Assembly (NCBI GenBank): GCA_003427395.1
Contig: BFEA01000041.1
Coordinates: 2,855,815 to 2,912,123 of the forward strand
DNA length: 56,309 bases
Source: Chara braunii
Taxonomy: Eukaryota > Plantae > Charophyceae
Direction of reading: 5' to 3'
Numbering within the stretch: the first letter of the stretch is position 1; each line of letters starts with the position of its first letter. Below, piece after piece: positions 49,340-56,309 of the stretch. Made by a program: the position numbers and the translations under genes. The notes under the pieces were generated by a model. It was not told where the DNA came from. It worked only from the letters and a program-made list of their open reading frames with translations, and did not search any database.

Positions 49340-49714
49340 TAACTTTTTTAGCATGCAAAGAGAGAGATTTTGCTCAAGATGGCTGCTGCGAGGCAAATCA
49401 CGAGTAAGGCACAATGAGGAGGGGGGATAATGGTTGTACAACAGGAGGTGCGCAGACAGACTGGACACGAGGGCCAACACATCTTCGTGAAGACCTCAGT
49501 CAACGAGAAATACTCGCAATGGATGAAATAATTTTATGACCTAACTTTTTTAACATGCAAAGAGAGATTTTGTTGAAGATGTCTGCTGCGAGGCAAAATC
49601 ACAAGGCACAATGAGGAGGGGGGATAATGGTTGTATAACAGGAGGTGTGCATACGGACTGGACACGAGGGCCAACACATCTTCATGAAGACCTCACTCAA
49701 CGAGAAATACTCGA
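49340..49714. repeat. ~195-bp diverged tandem duplication
   Basis: TAACTTTTT..ATGCAAAGAGAGATTTTG..GGACACGAGGGCCAACACATCTTC..CAACGAGAAATACTCG occurs twice. Confidence 0.8.
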
Positions 49715-50616
49715 AGTGGATCCCAAGTTCCCAACATCTCGAATCAGTAGCCAACCCTTGCTAAAGTTCTTTTTTTTTTTTTGTAAATCTGACCGACACA
49801 GCCGAGCTGCCTTGCAGAGGTACTAGGTAAGTGAAAAAGCTAACTGACAGTCCATCCTCTCCAGACCCTTGGAAGGGGGCAATCAATCAACACTGGTTAT
49901 GGGTCCTCCGACCTACTAGTAGACCAAAGGAAGCATTGAGTGGGTCTTTGTTTGGATGAATATAGTACTGGCCAGTAGAAAGGAAACGCACAGCCATGCC
50001 CCAGAATGGACATGGACCCAGGAACATCCGGACCTGTTATATGCCCTTGCCTCCCCCCCACCCCAAAAAAACAAAAAAAAACAAAAAATATGACTGAAAT
50101 TTTGTGTAAGTTTGGTCTGGTATGAGTTTTGACCTTTTTTTTTTTTTTTTTNTNTTTTNTTAAAAACTCCGTAGACCTGATGTTCTCTCCTCCGTGTTTT
50201 GCAAAGGTTGTTGTTGTATGCACCTTCATTTCTCAGTGTGTATCAGTCTTACACACTGTCAGAAAAGTTGGTGCGATGTAGAGAGGATTCAAACAACACT
50301 GAGATCATGGATCTCCATGACATAGCGCAAGCCAGGGCTTGTGTTTGTGCATGACTTGTTGGTGTCGGTGAATATTCACATGCATCCAACCAAGTTACAA
50401 TGAAGTTAGCAAACAGGCATACAAGTCAAGAGCACGCATATAGAGACAGGTCAAGGGAGAAGAAACACACGTGGACAAGTCATGTCTCCAATTCCCGAAC
50501 GCGGAGGGATAAACCATTAAATTTTACGTGAAGCACAAAAGCGGTTTATCCGAGCTCGAACCAAAAGAACGCATCACGCCGTTATCGTCATAATCTGTGC
50601 GAGCGAACTGACGGTC

Positions 50617-50665
50617 GACCCGACATGCTTCATTCGGTCGCCTGTACCGGAACTCGTCAGGGGTC
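50617..50665 (-). ncRNA. Minimal hammerhead ribozyme (PLE-2, 3' repeat; GAAA mutated to GAAG)
   Basis: Minus strand: GACCC CUGACGA G UUCCGGU-ACAGGCG-ACCGAAU GAAG CAUG UC GGGUC. Stem I is GACCC/GGGUC and CAUG is palindromic. Confidence 0.72.
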
Positions 50666-50812
50666 TTTTGCGAACGAAGGAGATATCGACACAACTAGCC
50701 GACTAGGTATAAGTACTAAAATTAACAGTCGGGAGGGTCCTAGAGGAAAGAGAAAGGAAAAAACAAGCCAACTGTTAACTATGCACCTAGTCCTACTCAC
50801 GACCAGTACCCT

Positions 50813-53802
50813 TCAAAGGACCCAGTCGGCCCAAGTTCTAGAAAAGACCTTGTGGTTCAGGCCGAAAATCAAGAGGCCCCAAGGTTCTTCAGTAACAAAT
50901 GGACCAAATGCCCCCTGATATTGCAGCGTCCGACGACTCAAACAGTCTAGCCAATCATCCCAACATCCCCCAAACTTGTTGGAAACATTTCTCAATGCAG
51001 AATCAAAGAGATCACCATCAAATCCTCGTAATCGCAATTCGACCTTCAAAGCGAACAAGAAAACCTCAACCGCAGCCGAGATATCCGTAAACCTTCTTGC
51101 TCTATGAAAAAACGAGCCGACGACCGTCAATTTCTGCTGCCGGCTAATGTAAGAGCAAGCATCTTGCAAGTTCTGAAACATAATTCCTCCACTAATATTC
51201 CTCTTGTTCTTGTGCACAACAGCAAATTGAACACCCATTGGCCAACCAGATTCCATAACGACACAGCCCAAGAATTCCTAACTTTCGGTCCTACTCGTAN
51301 ATTCCAAGGTCAAGTNAGAATCATAACAATTTTCAAACCTCGCAAATATTTCATACCCCTTCCGAAGGGACTCAACATCACNTTCTCGGTACTTAACAAA
51401 AAACGACACATCATCAATAAGGCGAACTCCGTGAACCAGCCTTCGATCAACCCCCAAACTGGTCAAAAACTTGAATTCAGAAAAAACACAAAGAAGACAA
51501 GCCATCGCCGGCCTTGATGATTTCCCAATCGGGATCCCGATCTTCTCCTGCAAGATCTTCCCATAGGCGATAAAGAAGGTATTCTCCAGATCAAAATTAA
51601 CGAGTTTCCTAATTATCCCAAAGTCAATACCCTCCCATCCTTCTTGAGTCCTACCATGCCACATTTTTGCGCCTTTTCCTTTTTTTCTTACAAGAACCCC
51701 CTTAGCGCCAAAGGAAGTCAAGTAGTCGACTATCCAATCGATAGCACTTAAAATAGGCAAGTGGGGAAGGTTACATAACATTTCCTTGATGTCATATGCC
51801 GATGTAATCCATCTTTCACCTTTCCTCAAATCTTTGTTCACCTCCATCAGACTACCAGCTAACAAATCAGTATATCGCAAATTGAAATTAAATCGCTTAG
51901 AAAAATCTCAGACCATCTGATTGACCGCTTTAGATATTTCACGTCAGACCTTCACACTATAGTCAAAAAAGGTAGGGCAGATCGGACGCCACTTATTAAT
52001 GTCCTTATGTTTGGGAATAGCATAAGCCAGACCCAACTTCCCTTTCGTGTTCCATTTAACCAACCTCGACAAGTTCTGTGCATCGTAGTCCGTCTTCATA
52101 GCGGTCGTCAACACCTCTTCCATTTTTTTTATCACACAAAAGTCTGGATTGTCAAGAAAAAACTTGTTCATTCCTTGTTGACACACCAGAGGGCAACACA
52201 CCAATGTGTCGCCTGGGTTATGGTCGATCGGCATCTTAAAAAGCCCCTTCAGTCTCGTCCTCCATTCCAACACCTTTTCCATACAACACGAAGTCTCTTC
52301 GTCGGCCACTGCTTCCTTCACACATCCCTTCATATCTTTTCTAGAAAAGGCTGGCGTCGAAAGATTCAGTTCCTTAACGGAGACACACAACTGTTTAGTC
52401 AGTAAATGATAAACATCTCCTCTAGACGGTCTAGGAATATTCATTTTATTTTTCAGCCATCCAGGGGCAACTCCGAGTTCATGGAGCCGAAAGAAGACAT
52501 GACCGTCAGACCTTGGAAACTCCAACTCAACCGAAGCACAACAACATTTAATCCCTTCTCCCCGCGCAACTGTCCTAAAATTGAACAGCAAATCACCAAT
52601 GCTCTTATTTTTCAGCCAGACGACCCTAATACGTCTGGTTAACATCTACTTCCAACCCTGCACGACATCCGCTCGCATAATTAACGATTTACAGAATTCC
52701 CTGATACCGGGCTGACTGAGTCACTCATCATATGTCACCCGCACCACCAACCGCTTCCGAACGTTGAAACCAAAAATTCGAGAAATAGTGTTAGATAGGA
52801 TTAGACGAAGAGAAGAGGGAGTACGTTTTTCAGAAAAGCATCTGGCAACAAAGAAAAAAGCAATCAACAGAGGAAGATCCCATTTCCTCAACTCTTTACA
52901 AAGTGGAGGATTAACCAATAGATCACTTAAAGCTGGCTTCAGAGAAAGGTACCTAGCCCCAAAAAAGACGATAGAGGATACAAACAGATAATTACCCGCA
53001 CAAAACAACCCTTCGCATCTTTTAAGCAATTCAATACATCCTCTAACATCTACAATCGATGAACCGTATTTACGCTTGATCACCTTCCAATTCTTCGTCC
53101 ATCTTCCTCCACCAGAGCAATAGATACTGACATAAGAGATACCCTTCTCCCTACAGTATTCGAAGATTTGTGCTATTGACTTAGAGACTATACCAACAGT
53201 AGAGTGGAAGAGCAAATGNATACTGACATAAGAGATACCCTTCTCCCTACAGTATTCGAAGATTTGTGCTATTGACTTAGAGACTATACCAACAGTAGAG
53301 TGGAAGAGCAAATGAGTACCAATGCCTTTGTCAGCCACCCCGGGCTCAATCTTACTCAGCGTCTTCCTACGTTCACGTTTTCCCAATCTCCTCCTCTTTC
53401 CCTTTAATTGGCCTATCCCGACTATTCAGGTGTGGGTTGGCGACTCGAATGATGTTCCGCTCAAGTGCCAACATATCATCATGACGACAGAAAAAAAAAA
53501 GGCAAGGCAACGTACTGTGTGATTCCACATCTTCGCAACCAGGAGTACAGTTCGTGATTCCTACATCCATCTTCCACGACTTTCTCATTCGTGGTCCGGT
53601 ACACATGTTCCACCCATCTCACTGATAAACATCGAGCAGTAGATCTTACGTAGACATGCCGAGTCCACGGAGAGATGAGCACGTACACCAACGACCCTTC
53701 ACATACTTCCAGTTCCTGATCACCAGCCAATAAATCCAGAAAGTAATTACGAAACTTAGATGCCCATGGGATCTGTTGCTCAAGGATCAGTCGCAATACC
53801 AC
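50813..53802 (-). pseudogene. GIY-YIG - RT ORF2 of PLE-2 (fragmented)
   Basis: Motifs in order: LVYVLISPWTRHVYVRST..RWVEH; ERNIIRVANPHLN; CCC..GHVFFRLHEL; PKHKDINKWRPICP; AYDIKEM; QEKIGIPIGKSS; RLIDD. Collinear with PLE-1 ORF2. Confidence 0.85.
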
Positions 53803-53983
53803 TAAACGATAAAAACNNTTAAAACACTNGTCTNNAANGTAATCAACAGAGTCCAGAGANGGAGAAGAAGAGACAACAGACCTCAGGGAAAGAGGAGAAG
53901 AAAGAATAGGAGACGAAGAAGACAGCGGTCTAGCATGAGATCTCAGGCAAGAGGCAGACNCGTACCTTCTNTCCCTANAGAAC

Positions 53984-55465
53984 CTAGCTAACTGCCAAAG
54001 CTGAGCCGCNTCCGGGTGCCATCCTAGAGCTCTGTTGAGGCCTCATAAGCATCTGTGAGTTGTCGTTGTCCTGCGACGATTCGGAATCAACCACCACCTG
54101 TTCTTTTTCTCGTCCAGGGGTTTTGCCGAACGCCTCCGTAGCACGGTGCTCAGCTATGGCTTCGATCATAACANCAATTTTGCCNGTCCCCAACCCCGCT
54201 TCTTTACACAAAATCTCCAGTCNGGATTTCCTCATTAACTTGAGTTGTTTCCTCNNTTCTTCAACGAACGAAGCCCGATCCACGGTCTTCCTAGCTCCCT
54301 CTCGATTAGGTGTAGCCTTCTTNCCCTTCCGAGCAGATCGAAGCGCTACAACTTCCAATTTCTCTTTCAAATTCGTACCTNCACCCGAGGTCCCTGCTTC
54401 TCCATCGCTAGCCGNTAGCTCACTCATCTTCTTCTGAAGACTCAGGANTTCCGAAGCNGCCAAGNCATGTTTCTTCTTTAACATCTCCACTTCAACGAAA
54501 TCTGCCTTCAAGTTCCTNAAGTCCTNNAATTTCCGGTACNCGGCCTTCCATTTCTCAGCGCCGTCTTGCCCAAATCAGTCCATTGAGGCTTAGGAGTGCC
54601 CCNATTAGCAACCTCCGGCGTATTCATCGTAATACTCCCATGCTCATTACCAAGTCGCATTGCTTCGTCCTTNNNTAACTTCACCTCATTCAACGCCCNT
54701 TCATTCNGNCCCCTTAATACTAACATTTCGCTTTTGAGATCAGCTAATTCGCGTTCAACTCCCCCCCTTGCGTTGGCCGAAGATCGTAATTGCTCAATCT
54801 CCTGCCTAATTGTCGTCATCTTGTCATCCTTAGTGTTGAACTTCTTGGTTCAAGTTGGTTGCAATCAACAACTTGAGATCTGCGAACTTCTTCTGTAACT
54901 TCTCGACCTGACTCATCTCGTTGCCACCGAGGAGAGCTCGTCGCAAGTTTTCATTCTCCCTTCTCAATTGCGTCGTTTTATCATCTGAAGAGCAGCCTTC
55001 CTTGGATATGTCGATCGCCTTGTCCATCCGTTTTTCAAGTTGCGCACCCGTATCCTCCTCACATCTTTCCCGTTCTTTTTTTCATTGTGCACGTCGTTCC
55101 TCCTCTTCCTTTTCTTTCTTGATTCTTTCATCTTCTTCGTTCTGTTTCTTTTCTTTTTCTTCGCCTGCCAGTAACTTGCCGAACACCTTGTCAAGCTTCT
55201 CGTGAATGTTTCTCCAGAAGTTAGGACGTGAACCCCCACTATGCTGGTATCCGGCCGTATCGGCCACATGGTAGCCAGCGCCAGCCGTAGGATTCAGAGG
55301 TGCTAGAAGCGTTAACAGAGGAGCTCCTGCTGGTATAGCATTAGCGCCAGTGGCCGACGGTCGAAATCCTCCATCACCCTGCAGGCATTCACGATAGAAG
55401 TGATGAGGAGAGTCACAAGTGAAGCAAGTTCTAGTTGGTAATTGCGAAGCCATAGTAGAAATCAC
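53984..55465 (-). pseudogene. Gag-like ORF1 of PLE-2 (frameshifted, with Ns)
   Basis: CFTCDSPHHFYREC knuckle, coiled-coil fragments, and SAP-like LKLMRKSXLEILCKEAGLGXGKIXVMIEAIAE. Confidence 0.75.
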
Positions 55466-55870
55466 GACAAAACAAACAGAAAGCAGAAGATAAAAACAAA
55501 AAGATCTAGCAGAAAGTCAAATAGTTAGTCAAATGGTTAATCAACGAATGGTCAACAAATGGTCAACAAGTCATACACACGTAGTGTAATTCCTACAGTG
55601 GTTACACTGTCGAAAGGATGTTGGTGAATATTCACATGCATCCAACCAAGTTACAATGAAGTTAGAAAACATGCATACAAGTCAAGAGCACGCATATAGA
55701 GAGAGGTCAAGGGAGAAGAAGCACATCGACAAGTCATGTCTCCAATTCCCGAACGCGACAGGATAAACCATTAAATTTTACGTGAAGCATAAAAACAGTT
55801 TATCCGAGCTCGAACCAAAAGTAGGAATCACGCCGTTATCTTCGTAATCCGGGCAAGCGAACTCGCGGTC

Positions 55871-55919
55871 GACGCGACATATTTCATCTGGTCGCTAGTA
55901 CCGGAACTCGTTAGGGGTC
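55871..55919 (-). ncRNA. Degenerate hammerhead ribozyme (PLE-2, 5' repeat; CUGA mutated to CUAA)
   Basis: Minus strand: GACCC CUAACGA G UUCCGGU..ACCAGAU GAAA UAUG UC GCGUC, homologous to 50617-50665. Confidence 0.62.
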
Positions 55920-56309
55920 TTCTGCGAACGAAGGAGATATCAACACAACTAGCCGACTAGGTATAAGTACTAAAATTAACAGTCGGGAGGGTCCTAGAGA
56001 AAAGAGAAAGGAAAAGACAAGCCAACTGTTAACTATGCACCTAGTCCTACTCACGACCAGTACCCTTCAAAGAGCCCAGCCAACTGTTAACTATACACCT
56101 AGTCCTACTCAGGGCCAGTACCCTTCAAAGAGCCCAGTCGGCCCAAGTTCTAGAAAAGATCCTGTAGTTCACGCCGAAAATCAAGAGGCCCCACCGTGAC
56201 GGTTCTTTAGTGACAAATGGACCAAATGCCCCCCGATATTGCAGCGTCCGACGACTCGATCCCACTTTGTCAAACAGTCTACCCAATCATCCCAACATCC
56301 CCCAAACTT

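Larger units (their letters stand above)
50363..56309 (-). mobile_element. Second, diverged Penelope-like retroelement (PLE-2) with the same architecture, partial tandem running off the window end
   Basis: The segment ~50363-50980 recurs at ~55619-56309, including the RT 3' end. Minus-strand ORF fragments run CCHC ORF1, GIY-YIG, RT. Confidence 0.87.

Noticed and set aside
53123-53312. ~98-bp exact duplication inside PLE-2 ORF2
   Set aside because: Identical copies joined at an N, so probably a contig-overlap artefact.

Overview
Repeat-rich eukaryotic scaffold with N-gaps and many (GA)n/(CA)n/poly-A/T tracts. The gene and transposon content suggest a streptophyte alga such as Chara (inference). 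There is one clear host gene: an intron-free CTPA1-type thylakoid-lumen C-terminal processing peptidase (15330-17675, +). The most notable elements are two diverged minus-strand Penelope-like retroelements (4731-10721 and ~50363 to past the window end). Both have the architecture: direct repeat with a minimal hammerhead ribozyme / gag-like ORF1 (CCHC knuckle, coiled coil, SAP-like motif) / N-terminal GIY-YIG endonuclease / RT with a non-canonical RL[M/I]DD motif / direct repeat with a hammerhead. The first is complete and has a 9-bp TSD. The window also holds a decayed chromodomain Ty3/Gypsy LTR retrotransposon lacking gag (19707-~26698), a decayed Helitron-type RepHel followed by a Ulp1/SUMO-protease remnant (~41.3-45.7 kb, -), a short cox1 fragment (NUMT-like), several MITE/foldback elements, tandem repeats, and two Nextera mate-pair adapters that are assembly artefacts.
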